IMG/VR virus record: IMGVR_UViG_3300008740_000003
Location: 25,497-89,496 of that record
Length of the DNA stretch: 64,000 nucleotides
From: a virus
Strand: one strand, 5' to 3'
Positions 20,124 through 30,363 of the stretch are shown here, piece after piece (within the stretch, counting starts at the first letter, position 1; every line of letters starts with the position of its first letter). The position numbers and the translations under genes are program-made. The notes below the pieces were generated by a model. It saw only the letters and a list, made by a program, of their open reading frames with translations, was not told where the DNA came from and did no database searches.

Positions 20124-20554
20124 GTTATAAATTTAACCATTTTAAAAACTGTTTCTAATTTTGTTTGATTAGTTTTATTTTGTAATGTTTTTCTTAATCC
20201 TTGATGCAAAGGCTTTGGCCATCTACCAAAAGACACCCACGAATATCCATCGTGTTCTTTGTTTAATTTAGGAATAAATTCATTTTTGACTAAACAGAGA
20301 TATGTATGATATAAGAAATTTTCATCATTACTGATAAAAGTTTCCATTGGAATAGTTTTAATAATTTTTTGGTCACCTATCTCTTCTTTAATTTCTCTTT
20401 TTAAACCTACCCACGCATTAGAATCAGTAGTAGTTGTACCACCAACTAAACCCCAAACATGGTTTTGTTTGCTTTGTGTTCTATGTAATAATAAAAAACG
20501 TTGGGTGTCTAAAGTATAGAAAAGTGCTCCGCAACCAATTATTCTCTGGGTCAT
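20120..20554 (-). CDS. Nudix hydrolase
   Basis: WGLVGG.....A..GLKREIKEEIG Nudix box; LN.EHDGY.W and P.PLH. Confidence 0.8.
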   Translation of the reverse strand: MTQRIIGCGALFYTLDTQRFLLLHRTQSKQNHVWGLVGGTTTTDSNAWVGLKREIKEEIGDQKIIKTIPMETFISNDENFLYHTYLCLVKNEFIPKLNKEHDGYSWVSFGRWPKPLHQGLRKTLQNKTNQTKLETVFKMVKFIT

Positions 20555-20567
20555 GTAAATAATTATC

Positions 20568-22028
20568 TTAAAGAGAGATGTTCCAGGTTCCTTTACGATA
20601 TTCGCCTTCGAAACTTAATAACCAATTTGTGCCATCCCATTTATATTGAATGCCTGTATTAAGGTTGGTAATATAGGTAGGTGTAAATGCTGTTGAATCA
20701 TCTAAATTATTAGCACTTGCATTAAAAATTATTGTCCAATCTGTTCCATTCCATTCTACAATATCATTAGCTTCTGCTATAAAGTCTCCTGCATTACCTT
20801 TCCATGCATCTGGACCGTCTTGATTTCCTGCATCTCCTACAGGTCCTAGTAATAATAATCTTTGACCTGCTACTTTTGTAGTTGATGGATTATAAGTTGA
20901 TGGATCTATTATAAAATCTACTGTACCTTTTGCGTCTGCATATCCTTGAATAACAGAGTCAGTAGGAATAGAATCTGTGTCCCAATTTACAATTAATTGA
21001 TTTTCATTTAAAGTGTTTACTGCAAACGTTCCAGTAATTCTTGTGCTTACATCTTTTCTATTCAAATATAATGTACTAATTCCTGCTTTGTAATTTCCTG
21101 GTAATCTATCTAATAAAGAATTCCAATTTACATTTCCTACAACACCTTTTTCTATTATTTGTGCAATATTATTCATTACAAGTACATCATATTGAATGCC
21201 TGTAGTTCCTACAATACTATCAACATCTGGTTTGTAAGCAACACTAGTATCAATTTTACCATCAGCTGTTTTAACAATATCTGCTTTAATACTTTTAGTA
21301 TAATCATCTTGATATGCTTGTAATTCAGGCATTGTTTGACTAAGGTCAATATTACCTGTTTTTTCATTGTATATGCTAGTAATAATTTGAGTTACTACTC
21401 CTAATTTTTTAACTTTAGTTGGCGGACTTATCCAAATAGGTGTTGTAAATCCTAAAGTAGCTACATCTATTTCACTTTCTGTTCCAGTTGGAATTGTTCT
21501 TCCACTAAATTGTACACTTGTTAAATCTACTACACTTAAACTAGTCCAATCAATATAATTGTCTGTAGTTTGGATTTCTAAACTTGGATTGAATAACATC
21601 ATAACTTGTTCTAAAATTTGTAATTTTTGTTCTGTGTTTGTAGACCATATATCACAACTTACTCCTAATGTATAAGGCGTAGGCATTAATCTTTCAACAG
21701 TATAATTTGCTCCTTGAACATTTAAATATTCTTTTCCTGATTCATCATATTTTCTTTCTCTTACGTGAATTTTGCTAACGTAAGTAGCATCTGCTAATCT
21801 GTCTCTAGCCATTTCTAAATTAGTAATGTATATTGCCATTCTTGGAGCTGATGGGATTTTATTTTCTGAATTATCTCTAACAATATGAGCAACTTGTCTA
21901 GTCATATCTCCGTACATAACAGGTATTTGTCTTAAAACACCATCACCATCTTTATAGCTAAAGTTACTCATTAGTCTAATAATTTGAGTTATGTATCGTC
22001 TAATTTGTCCGTCGTAAAAAAATTGCAT
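20568..22028 (-). CDS. T4 gp15-like tail terminator / sheath stabilizer with C-terminal extension
   Basis: FFYDGQIRRY, IPVMYG, PTPY.L, QKLQILEQ...FNP; adjacent to neck genes. Confidence 0.7.
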   Translation of the reverse strand: MQFFYDGQIRRYITQIIRLMSNFSYKDGDGVLRQIPVMYGDMTRQVAHIVRDNSENKIPSAPRMAIYITNLEMARDRLADATYVSKIHVRERKYDESGKEYLNVQGANYTVERLMPTPYTLGVSCDIWSTNTEQKLQILEQVMMLFNPSLEIQTTDNYIDWTSLSVVDLTSVQFSGRTIPTGTESEIDVATLGFTTPIWISPPTKVKKLGVVTQIITSIYNEKTGNIDLSQTMPELQAYQDDYTKSIKADIVKTADGKIDTSVAYKPDVDSIVGTTGIQYDVLVMNNIAQIIEKGVVGNVNWNSLLDRLPGNYKAGISTLYLNRKDVSTRITGTFAVNTLNENQLIVNWDTDSIPTDSVIQGYADAKGTVDFIIDPSTYNPSTTKVAGQRLLLLGPVGDAGNQDGPDAWKGNAGDFIAEANDIVEWNGTDWTIIFNASANNLDDSTAFTPTYITNLNTGIQYKWDGTNWLLSFEGEYRKGTWNISL

Positions 22029-22195
22029 TATTTCTTCTCTAATTTAAATTTTTCATTTGCTTTTTTATTTGTTGGTTCATAAAAAGTTCTAACTTTACCC
22101 ATATATTTTCGAGTAACTTTTTTAAGTCCTACTGCTTTTTCTGTGCCCGGTATAGGAATACCCCACACGCCTCCTAAAAATTCTCTAAGTCTCAT
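22028..22195 (-). CDS. 55-aa basic protein (MRLREFLGG...), not in the ORF track
   Basis: Overlaps both neighbours by TAATG coupling; open frame MRLREFLGGVWGIPIPGTEKAVGLKK...LEKK*. Confidence 0.65.
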   Translation of the reverse strand: MRLREFLGGVWGIPIPGTEKAVGLKKVTRKYMGKVRTFYEPTNKKANEKFKLEKK

Positions 22196-23352
22196 TAACT
22201 ATCTGCCTTAGGTTTAAGTGCTTTAGACAAACTTTGTCTTTCAGGTACTGATTTTCCACCTATTGTATTAGTTGCCGTATTATTAACAAACCCTGTCTTC
22301 ATTGTATTTCTTGCATCTGTATTAGTTAGTGTCATACGTAATGCATCTTCCATTTTAATCCATCTTGAACCATCAAATCTAAATAATCTATTTGGTAAAA
22401 AGTCAGTTCTTAAATAATAATCACCTTTAATAGATCCTGTTGGGAAAGTAATTCCATGACCAAATACTTCACCATTAGGTGCAAGACCATCACCTAATAA
22501 GTATCCATCATACCCTTCTCTTTCAGGTGTTTGATGTACTCTATCTGCTAATTCATTTTGTGTACTAGCATCTAACGTACTTGTATCTGTTGTAACAAGT
22601 TCGTTTCTACCTTGTTTATCTACTTGTAATGTATATAAATGACTAGTTTCATATCCACTTTTTTTAGTATCTGCTTCTGCTTGAGCAACAACGGCATTAT
22701 TAATTTGCATTTCTTTTTCATAAGTGGATAATACATCTCTTAATGTTTGACTTGATCCTTCTTCTGCAGGTAAATCTAGTATGCCTTTAAATTCTTGACT
22801 GTCTACTATTTGTTTTAATTTTACTCTATATAAATGAGGATACCACGATACACTAAATCCTTCTGCCGCCCTGCTTATATCTTCTACTACATAGTATCTT
22901 TTTAATGCTAAATTAAAATCATTTAAGGCGTGTTCATCTTTAAGATGTGGTAATTCGAATACATCTCCTGGCATAACTTTTCTACCTAAAGTTTCTACAG
23001 ATGTAGATATAGGAATAGTCATAAACAACGTATCATTTTGTAAAAATAATCCAAATTGACTCATATCAAAGTCAATATCTTGTACGTTGTAAATGCCTCT
23101 TAATTGATAAATGCTAGAATCATATTTTCTGTCCCTGTTTTCAAGGAATAACATATCTTGAATATTTGTTTCTTTAACAGCATTATACCTTGGTTGGCTA
23201 GATGTAGCATCTGCTTCTTCAGGATTCTTAGGTCCAAGGTATTTGTGTACAAATACATCAGTACCACCCACAGTAAACATCTCATTAACTGTTTTATCTA
23301 GAAAAGCGTAATCATGGCCCTTCTCTGGTTTATATAGACTAATTCTTGGCAT
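22195..23352 (-). CDS. T4 gp14-like neck protein
   Basis: MSQFGLFLQNDTLFMT, MPGDVFELPHL; neck gene context. Confidence 0.65.
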   Translation of the reverse strand: MPRISLYKPEKGHDYAFLDKTVNEMFTVGGTDVFVHKYLGPKNPEEADATSSQPRYNAVKETNIQDMLFLENRDRKYDSSIYQLRGIYNVQDIDFDMSQFGLFLQNDTLFMTIPISTSVETLGRKVMPGDVFELPHLKDEHALNDFNLALKRYYVVEDISRAAEGFSVSWYPHLYRVKLKQIVDSQEFKGILDLPAEEGSSQTLRDVLSTYEKEMQINNAVVAQAEADTKKSGYETSHLYTLQVDKQGRNELVTTDTSTLDASTQNELADRVHQTPEREGYDGYLLGDGLAPNGEVFGHGITFPTGSIKGDYYLRTDFLPNRLFRFDGSRWIKMEDALRMTLTNTDARNTMKTGFVNNTATNTIGGKSVPERQSLSKALKPKADS

Positions 23353-23358
23353 ATGTTA

Positions 23359-23389
23359 TATTTATTCATAGCAAGGTCCTTGATAAATA
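23359..23389. promoter_or_regulatory. Back-to-back T4-late-like ATAAATA boxes driving divergent gp14 and gp13
   Basis: TATTTAT 23359-23365 (ATAAATA on the - strand, 6 nt before the ATG) and GATAAATA 23382-23389 on the + strand. Confidence 0.65.
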
Positions 23390-23407
23390 TCTATAGAGAC
23401 ATATAAA

Positions 23408-24166
23408 ATGGCAGATTTAGCAACACAAAAGCAAGAAATCTTTGACTACGTATACAATATGCTAGGTGGTGGTATGGTAGAAGTAGAGCTAGATCCACCT
23501 CACTATGAGACAGCTTTACAGGATTCACTTGATAGATTTAGACAAAGATCCGACAATTCAGTGGAAGAAAGCTATATGTTTCTACCTACAGTAATAGACC
23601 AAAACGCATATACCTTAGGACAAGAAGTAATAGAAGTTAAAAAAATATATAGACGTTCAATTGGTTCTAGAACAGGTGGTGGAGACGGTGGTACACTATT
23701 TGAACCATTCAATTTAGCATACACAAATACATACTTGTTGGCAAGTACAAATATGGGTGGACTATCAACTTACAACTTGTTTACACAATATCAAGAACTT
23801 GTAGGAAGAATGTTTGGTAGCTTTATTGAATTTAAATGGAATACTACAACCAAAGAATTAACATTATTACAGAGACCTAGAGCAGAAGAAGAAATTCTAT
23901 TATATTGCTATAATTATAGACCTACTACAGAATTATTAAATGATTATCTTGCTAAAGAATGGCTTAAAAGATATACTCTAGCATTATGTAAAATGGCACT
24001 AGGACAAGCAAGATCTAAATTTGCCACAATAGCAGGCCCACAAGGCGGTGCCGCTTTAAATGGTCCACAACTTATTCAAGAAGCACAATCCGAAATAGAA
24101 AAACTTGACGAAGAGCTAAAATTACAAGTTGGCGGTGGTCAAGGATATCACTTCACAATTGGTTAA
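23408..24166 (+). CDS. T4 gp13-like neck protein
   Basis: LGGGMVEVEL, WLKRYTLALCK..LGQARSKF, GG..LNG..L..EA..EIEKL. Confidence 0.85.
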   Translation: MADLATQKQEIFDYVYNMLGGGMVEVELDPPHYETALQDSLDRFRQRSDNSVEESYMFLPTVIDQNAYTLGQEVIEVKKIYRRSIGSRTGGGDGGTLFEPFNLAYTNTYLLASTNMGGLSTYNLFTQYQELVGRMFGSFIEFKWNTTTKELTLLQRPRAEEEILLYCYNYRPTTELLNDYLAKEWLKRYTLALCKMALGQARSKFATIAGPQGGAALNGPQLIQEAQSEIEKLDEELKLQVGGGQGYHFTIG

Positions 24167-24175
24167 TAATAACAT

Positions 24176-24204
24176 TTGACATTATAACTATTATCCGTTA
24201 TAGT
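24176..24204 (+). promoter_or_regulatory. Sigma70-type promoter of the dNMP kinase gene
   Basis: TTGACA-17-TATAGT; ATG 6 nt after the -10 box, no SD. Confidence 0.75.
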
Positions 24205-24210
24205 ATTAAA

Positions 24211-24804
24211 ATGATTATCGGTATTTGTGGATTAATGGGTAGTGGTAAAGATACAATAGCTAACCATCTTATTCAAAAACATCAATTTAAAAAAATCTCA
24301 TTCGCAGACAAATTAAAAGAGTCTGTTGCTACGATGTTTGATTGGGACAAAACTATGCTTGACGGTCAAACAGATGAAAGTAGACAATGGCGTGAACAAC
24401 CAGATGAATATTGGTCTAAAGAAGTAGGTAAATCTATTACTCCAAGATTTGTATTACAAAAATTTGGTACAGAATGTATGCGTGATAATTTTTATGACGG
24501 TATATGGGTTAGTATGACTAAAAAGAAAATTTTAGATAATCCTAATTCTAGCTGGGTTATTCCTGATGTTAGGTTTGAAAACGAAGTTAAAATGATTAAA
24601 AGTATTGGTGGTCAAGTATGGTGGGTAAGAAGAGGTGAATTACCTACATGGTTTAGAGTTTATCAAGATATAGGTGTTGAACCTAAAGATGTACACCCTA
24701 GTGAATGGGCTTGGGCAAAAGCAGACTTTGATAAAATTTTAGATAATAATTCTACAGTAGATAGTCTTAGAAATCAGGTACAAGATCACCTTGTTTCCAT
24801 TTAA
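24211..24804 (+). CDS. Deoxynucleoside monophosphate kinase (T4 gp1-like)
   Basis: IIGICGLMGSGKDT, SFADKLK, TPRFVLQKFGTE, IPDVRFENE, HPSE. Confidence 0.92.
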   Translation: MIIGICGLMGSGKDTIANHLIQKHQFKKISFADKLKESVATMFDWDKTMLDGQTDESRQWREQPDEYWSKEVGKSITPRFVLQKFGTECMRDNFYDGIWVSMTKKKILDNPNSSWVIPDVRFENEVKMIKSIGGQVWWVRRGELPTWFRVYQDIGVEPKDVHPSEWAWAKADFDKILDNNSTVDSLRNQVQDHLVSI

Positions 24805-25108
24805 ATCCTTGTTTGTGTAAAGTTCTTTGACAGTTAGCACATACCGTTTTAAGGTTTTTAAAATTACAATTAGTTAAATGTCCGTCAATATGGTAAACAT
24901 TAAATTGTTCTGTTGAGTCACTTTTATATCCACACTTATCGCATTTTGCTTTCATACGGTATCCTGCATTATACCATTTAGGCATTCCATGACTTGTTCC
25001 CCCATACCTAATACAAGCTTCACATTTTCTTCTGTAAAACGTTATACCCTTTTTACGATAGTTAATTGCACAAGGATTCCTACGACAATAGTTACATAAA
25101 GGTCTCAT
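24767..25108 (-). CDS. Zn-binding HNH-like protein
   Basis: CxxC pairs; HIDG...N...NL..VCANCQ with the final His replaced by Gln; GTAAATA 6 nt upstream. Confidence 0.65.
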   Translation of the reverse strand: MRPLCNYCRRNPCAINYRKKGITFYRRKCEACIRYGGTSHGMPKWYNAGYRMKAKCDKCGYKSDSTEQFNVYHIDGHLTNCNFKNLKTVCANCQRTLHKQGFKWKQGDLVPDF

Positions 25109-25178
25109 ATAACGTATTTACCTGCCCTTTTCAGGCCCTTTTCTAGACATAATTATAGCTTATATTTTGTTGATATAG

Positions 25179-25186
25179 TATAAATA
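25179..25186 (+). promoter_or_regulatory. Perfect T4 late promoter TATAAATA upstream of the sheath gene
   Basis: TATAAATA, then AGGAG SD, then ATG 25224. Confidence 0.8.
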
Positions 25187-25223
25187 ACGTTAACAATAGA
25201 AATATTAAGCAGGAGATTATAAA

Positions 25224-28200
25224 ATGGCATTAGTTTCACCAGGAGTACAAGTAAGCGTAATAGACGAAAGTTTCTATACACCGGCCGAACCAGGCACGGT
25301 GCCAATGATATTTGTGGCAACAGCACAAGATAAAACTTCAAGTTCAGGTACAGGTACAGCAACAGGTACATTAGCCGCAAACAACGGTAAAGTTTACCTA
25401 ATGACGTCTCAAAGAGAATTAGCTGAAACATTTGGTGATCCAGTATTCAAAAAAGATGCTAACAATAATCCTATACACGGTGGTGAATTAAACGAATACG
25501 GTTTACAAGCGGCTTACTCATACTTAGGTGTAGCCAACAGAGCATACGTGGCAAGAGCGGCAATTGACACAGGTCAACTAGAAGCAAGTGCTACAATGGC
25601 AACTGCAGATCCTGAATCAGGAACTTCCTGGTTAGATACTGCAAGTACAGATTATGGTATGTTTTCTTGGAACAGTAATGCGTCATCTACTACAGGTGGT
25701 CAAACATACACAAAAATTTATCCAACAGTATTAACTGATACTACACATCTTTCAGGTGGAGACGGTTCAATTCCTAAAACTTCATTTGGTGCAGTAGGTG
25801 ATTATGTTGTTAATGCTACAACTTCATACAATGACATTTATTTCAAAAGATATGATAATACTTGGGTTAATGTAGGAACACCGGCTTGGAAAAAATCCCA
25901 AGCTACAGTAACAGGTACAGTAGCAAATCCTACAGTTACAAACACAGGAACATTTGTAGTAAATGGTTCAACAGTTACATCAGGTGGTACTGATGTTGCG
26001 GCAGTTGTTACTGCAATTAATAACGCGACAATTACAGGAATTTCTGCTAGAGCAGTAGCAGGTATATTAGAAATTTATAGTGAAGGAACTGGCGCTGGTG
26101 GTTATGCAGATACAGTTGTTATAGCAAACGGTGGTGGTAACGCAGGTTTAGAAACAGAATTAGGAATTGCGGCAGGTACTTACTACTTGCCTAAGGCGGA
26201 TGTTCAAGCTCATACTAGTGTTCCAGCTTTCAAAAATTCATCTGGTGGAAATATGACATCAGGAAGACCAGCAGGTTCAATTTGGATTAAAACAACAACT
26301 CCTAATTTAGGATCAAATTATAAAATCAAAAAATTCAATGCAACTACTAAATTATGGGAAGATTTAACATCACCTTTATATTCAAGTGGTAACAATGCTA
26401 TCTACAATTTAGATAGAGTTGGCGGTGGAAAAAATCTTGCTGTTGGTACAACATATATAAACTACGATAATGGTACAACTGAATTAGATTTAAGACCATA
26501 CAGAAGAGCAAATACAGGTAACACATCAATTACTTCAAGTGTAATTGCAACGCAAGTAACAGGCGGTACATACGCATTTAATATTGCTGAATCAATAGTT
26601 GGACAAGATGCAATGTCATCTGCGTCTACTATTTCAGTAACAACTACAGCGGCGGCAACAGACTCAGATGTTATTGCGGCAGGAATTAATGGTGCAGGAA
26701 TGGTTAACGTTAGTGCAACTGTTGACAGTTTAAACAGAGTTGTAATTTCACACAATGACGGTGGTGAAATGCATATTACTGATACTGGCGGAGTATTAGC
26801 ATTAGCTGGTTTCTCAAGCACAACAACTAATATGGAATATGAGCCAGGTACAGATGCGGCAACAAATCCTAAACAATGGAGAGCTTCTAACTGGACAGTA
26901 TTAACATATACAGCTTCAGCAACGGCTCCAACATCACTTGCGGCAGATGGTCAACTTTGGTATTCTTCAGTTATTGATTCTGTTGATATTATGGAACACA
27001 ATGGATCTAAATGGGATGGATATTTAACTGTAAATGCAGGAACAGATCCAGCAGGACCACAAGTAAAAGCTACAGCACCTACTACACAATCAGATGCAAC
27101 AGCATTAGTAGAAGGTGACATTTGGATTGATTCTTCAGACTTAGAAAATTATCCTAAAATTAATAAATGGAATGCAACTTCTCTTAAATGGGTTGCAGTA
27201 GACAACAGTGATCAAACAACAGAAGATGGTGTTGTATTCGCTGACGCTAGAAGTTCAACTGCAGGTGCAGATACAACAGATGCTACAATTGTTGCTTTAC
27301 TATCAAGCGATTATGTAGATACTGATGCTCCAGATCCAGCATTATATCCAAAAGGAACATTGTTATTCAATTTACGTAGAAGTGGATTTAATGTTAAGAA
27401 ATTTGCAAGAAATTATGTAGATACAACAGCTAATAATACTAGAATGGGTGATGTATCAATGAGTGGTTATTATGCTCACAGATGGGTAACAGAATCAGCT
27501 AATAATTCAGATGGTTCAGGTGCATTTGGAAGAAAATCACAAAGAAAAGTTGTAGTACAATCACTACAAGCATTAGTTAATGCTAATCAAGATATTAGAG
27601 ATGATGAATCTAGAATATTCAATTTAGTTGCGGCTCCTGGCTATCCAGAATTAATTGGAGAACTAGTTAGCTTAAACACTGACAGAGGATTATCAGCATT
27701 TATAGTTGGTGATGCTCCGTTTAGATTGTCTTCAGATTCAACATCATTAAGCGATTGGGCAACGAACGTTAATTCAGCAGTTGAAGATAACGACAAAGGA
27801 CTTGTAACTTCAAATGATTATCTTGGAGTATTTTATCCATCAGGATTTACAAGCGATAACTTCGGCAAAAACATAACTGTTCCAGCAAGTCACATGATGC
27901 TTAGAACGATTGCTTTAAGCGATCAAGTTTCTTATCCATGGTTTGCTCCAGCAGGAACTAGACGAGGTACTATAACGAATGCTTCTTCAACTGGTTACAT
28001 TAATAGCGAAGGTGAATTTACTGCGTCAGCATTAAATGAAGGTCAAAGAGATACTTTATACAGTAATAACGTTAATCCAATTACTTTCATAACAGGTGCA
28101 GGTTTAGTTAACTATGGACAAAAAACTAGATCAGGTGCAACTTCATCTTTAGACAGAATTAATGTTTCAAGATTAGTAATTTACATTAGAAGTCAATTAA

Positions 28201-28469
28201 ACAAATTGGCTAGACCTTTTGTGTTTGAACCTAATGATAAAATTACAAGAGATGAAATTAAAGCTCAAGCAGACAGCCTATTACTTGAATTAGTAGGTAA
28301 CAGAGCATTATACGACTTCTTAGTAGTGTGTGATGAATCAAACAACACACCTGCAAGAATAGACAGAAACGAACTTTATTTAGACATAGCAATAGAGCCA
28401 GTTAAAGCAGTGGAATTTATATACATTCCATTAAGACTTAAAAACACTGGTGAAATAGCAGGTTTATAA
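25224..28469 (+). CDS. Tail sheath protein (gp18-like), enlarged to 1081 aa
   Basis: LVSPGVQVSVIDES, PWFAPAG..RG, RDTLY...VNPI, GQKT, LDRINVSRL, FEPND..TR, DESNNTP..ID.N, P.KAVEFIYI. Confidence 0.95.
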   Translation: MALVSPGVQVSVIDESFYTPAEPGTVPMIFVATAQDKTSSSGTGTATGTLAANNGKVYLMTSQRELAETFGDPVFKKDANNNPIHGGELNEYGLQAAYSYLGVANRAYVARAAIDTGQLEASATMATADPESGTSWLDTASTDYGMFSWNSNASSTTGGQTYTKIYPTVLTDTTHLSGGDGSIPKTSFGAVGDYVVNATTSYNDIYFKRYDNTWVNVGTPAWKKSQATVTGTVANPTVTNTGTFVVNGSTVTSGGTDVAAVVTAINNATITGISARAVAGILEIYSEGTGAGGYADTVVIANGGGNAGLETELGIAAGTYYLPKADVQAHTSVPAFKNSSGGNMTSGRPAGSIWIKTTTPNLGSNYKIKKFNATTKLWEDLTSPLYSSGNNAIYNLDRVGGGKNLAVGTTYINYDNGTTELDLRPYRRANTGNTSITSSVIATQVTGGTYAFNIAESIVGQDAMSSASTISVTTTAAATDSDVIAAGINGAGMVNVSATVDSLNRVVISHNDGGEMHITDTGGVLALAGFSSTTTNMEYEPGTDAATNPKQWRASNWTVLTYTASATAPTSLAADGQLWYSSVIDSVDIMEHNGSKWDGYLTVNAGTDPAGPQVKATAPTTQSDATALVEGDIWIDSSDLENYPKINKWNATSLKWVAVDNSDQTTEDGVVFADARSSTAGADTTDATIVALLSSDYVDTDAPDPALYPKGTLLFNLRRSGFNVKKFARNYVDTTANNTRMGDVSMSGYYAHRWVTESANNSDGSGAFGRKSQRKVVVQSLQALVNANQDIRDDESRIFNLVAAPGYPELIGELVSLNTDRGLSAFIVGDAPFRLSSDSTSLSDWATNVNSAVEDNDKGLVTSNDYLGVFYPSGFTSDNFGKNITVPASHMMLRTIALSDQVSYPWFAPAGTRRGTITNASSTGYINSEGEFTASALNEGQRDTLYSNNVNPITFITGAGLVNYGQKTRSGATSSLDRINVSRLVIYIRSQLNKLARPFVFEPNDKITRDEIKAQADSLLLELVGNRALYDFLVVCDESNNTPARIDRNELYLDIAIEPVKAVEFIYIPLRLKNTGEIAGL

Positions 28470-28495
28470 TAAGATAAATACTATAGGAGAAACAA

Positions 28496-29122
28496 ATGAG
28501 TATATCGACACTATCAAAGATTACAGTACCATTGAATTCTAGCCAATCAGCTAGTAATCAAGGTCTATTGATGCCTAAATTACAATATCGTTTTAGAGTA
28601 TCATTAGAAAACTTTGGTGTATCAACTCCTACAACTGAACTAACAAAACAAGTTGTTGACGTTACAAGACCTAATTTAAGTTTTGAAAATACAACAATAG
28701 ATGTTTACAATTCTAAAGTATTTTTAGCAGGTAAACATACTTGGGAACCAATTACATTAACATTAAGAGAAGATGTTGCAAATAATGTTCAAAAATTAGT
28801 TGGCGAGCAACTACAAAAACAATTTGATTTCTTTGAACAATCTGCGGCGGCTTCAGGTGCAGATTACAAATTCGTAACTAGAATAGAAGTAACTGACGGT
28901 GCAAATGGTGCCAATGTAGTTAATATTTTAGAAACATATGAATTATATGGTTGCTATGTTCAATCAGCAAACTATAACACTTTAGCATACAACTCTAGTG
29001 AACCAGTAACTGTTACGTTAGTAATGCATTATGATAATGCTATACAAACACCACAAGGTACAGGAATAGGTACGTCAGTGGGCAGAACAGTTAATACTTT
29101 AATCACTGGTGGTGGTGCATAA
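28496..29122 (+). CDS. Tail tube protein (gp19-like)
   Basis: PKLQYRFRV, RPNLSFE, AGKHTWEPITLT; follows the sheath; ATAAATA (28474) plus AGGAG. Confidence 0.88.
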   Translation: MSISTLSKITVPLNSSQSASNQGLLMPKLQYRFRVSLENFGVSTPTTELTKQVVDVTRPNLSFENTTIDVYNSKVFLAGKHTWEPITLTLREDVANNVQKLVGEQLQKQFDFFEQSAAASGADYKFVTRIEVTDGANGANVVNILETYELYGCYVQSANYNTLAYNSSEPVTVTLVMHYDNAIQTPQGTGIGTSVGRTVNTLITGGGA

Positions 29123-29150
29123 TAACAAAATTTAAAATTCCACTAATAGA

Positions 29151-29175
29151 GGAGGCGCTAAGGCGCCTTTTTTAT
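29151..29175 (+). terminator. Rho-independent terminator after the tail tube gene
   Basis: AGGCGC-TAAG-GCGCCT followed by a T-run. Confidence 0.8.
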
Positions 29176-29211
29176 TCTCTACCCTGTTTTTCTACTCGAT
29201 AAATACTGTAT

Positions 29212-30363
29212 ATGGCAAATTTATTAAATGGATTTTTAGATAATTTAAAAAGCGGTACCTTATCGCCAAAAGGTAATCTTGGTGATTTCGCTCATGCGGC
29301 TAGACTATATGTTGATGATAGTTTTAGACTTGCACCTAAAGTAAAATTTTTATATCACGTAGCATTTACTCTAAATGAATCAGTATTAAAATCTGATCCA
29401 CCAATATCTAAACACGGAACAGAATTAAATATGTTAGTAAAAGGTGTAGAACTACCTAAATATTCTATTGATACAGATACAGTTTTTGCGTATAATAAAA
29501 AAAGAAAAATTCAAAAAAAAATTCAATATGATCCTATAAGCATTGTATTCCATGATGATAATTATGGTGTAACAACTGCTATGTGGGAATCATATTATAG
29601 ATATTATTTTAAAGATGGTAATTATGGAGCTCTTGATAATGCAGGAAATCCTGACTCAGGTGTGCCTAGACAATTTAATAGAACAGCAGGTGGCCCATAT
29701 AATAGAGGAAATACATATTTGTCATCTGATCATAATAGATATAGATTTGGTTTAGATGCTGGATCTTTTGATCCGTTCTTTCGTAGTATTCAAATTTATC
29801 AAATGGCTAGAAAAACATTTACTTGTTTTACAATAGTTAATCCTGTAATTTCTGGTTGGACGCATGATTCAATGCAAAATGAAGAAACTGGTCCAGTAAC
29901 AAATCAAATGACTATAGAATATGAAACTGTATTTTATAGTAGAGGTAGAGTAGTTAAAGGTAGTGCACCTAAAGGATTTGCCTTAGAACATTATGATAAA
30001 ACACCTAGTCCTAATTCTTTAAGTGGTGGAGGAACTACAAGTGTATTTGGTCAAGGAGGAATATTAAGTGGATTATTTAATGATGGTTCAGGTCCTCATA
30101 CATACATAGGTAGTCAATTAGGAGCTGGCGGCGGTAAAATGACTTTAGGGTCTATAATAAGAACTGCCAACAGAATTAAAAATGCTAAAAATTTAACTAA
30201 AGGTGGATTAATACAAGAAGGTGTTAATATATTAACAGGAGCAATAGGTAAAATAGGCGGGACTTCAGATTCTTCTTATGGTGTTGCTAATACTGTTATT
30301 GGTAGAACAGCTTCTAATGTTAGAGGTGGAGTAGTTAAAGCAATTAAAGGAATAAGCAAATAA
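29212..30363 (+). CDS. Tube-fold baseplate/tube-initiator protein (gp54/gp48-like)
   Basis: VELPKY, YNKKR......YDPISIVFHDD, MTIEYE; tube-like pattern. Confidence 0.6.
   Translation: MANLLNGFLDNLKSGTLSPKGNLGDFAHAARLYVDDSFRLAPKVKFLYHVAFTLNESVLKSDPPISKHGTELNMLVKGVELPKYSIDTDTVFAYNKKRKIQKKIQYDPISIVFHDDNYGVTTAMWESYYRYYFKDGNYGALDNAGNPDSGVPRQFNRTAGGPYNRGNTYLSSDHNRYRFGLDAGSFDPFFRSIQIYQMARKTFTCFTIVNPVISGWTHDSMQNEETGPVTNQMTIEYETVFYSRGRVVKGSAPKGFALEHYDKTPSPNSLSGGGTTSVFGQGGILSGLFNDGSGPHTYIGSQLGAGGGKMTLGSIIRTANRIKNAKNLTKGGLIQEGVNILTGAIGKIGGTSDSSYGVANTVIGRTASNVRGGVVKAIKGISK

Noticed and set aside
24767-25108. Mobile HNH homing endonuclease
   Set aside because: It is short, the last His is replaced by Gln, and it has its own late box, so it looks like a resident Zn-binding gene.
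25121-25146. Short direct repeat GCCCTTTTC x2 and C-rich patches before late boxes (32751, 39461)
   Set aside because: Too short and inconsistent to separate from chance without an alignment to relatives.
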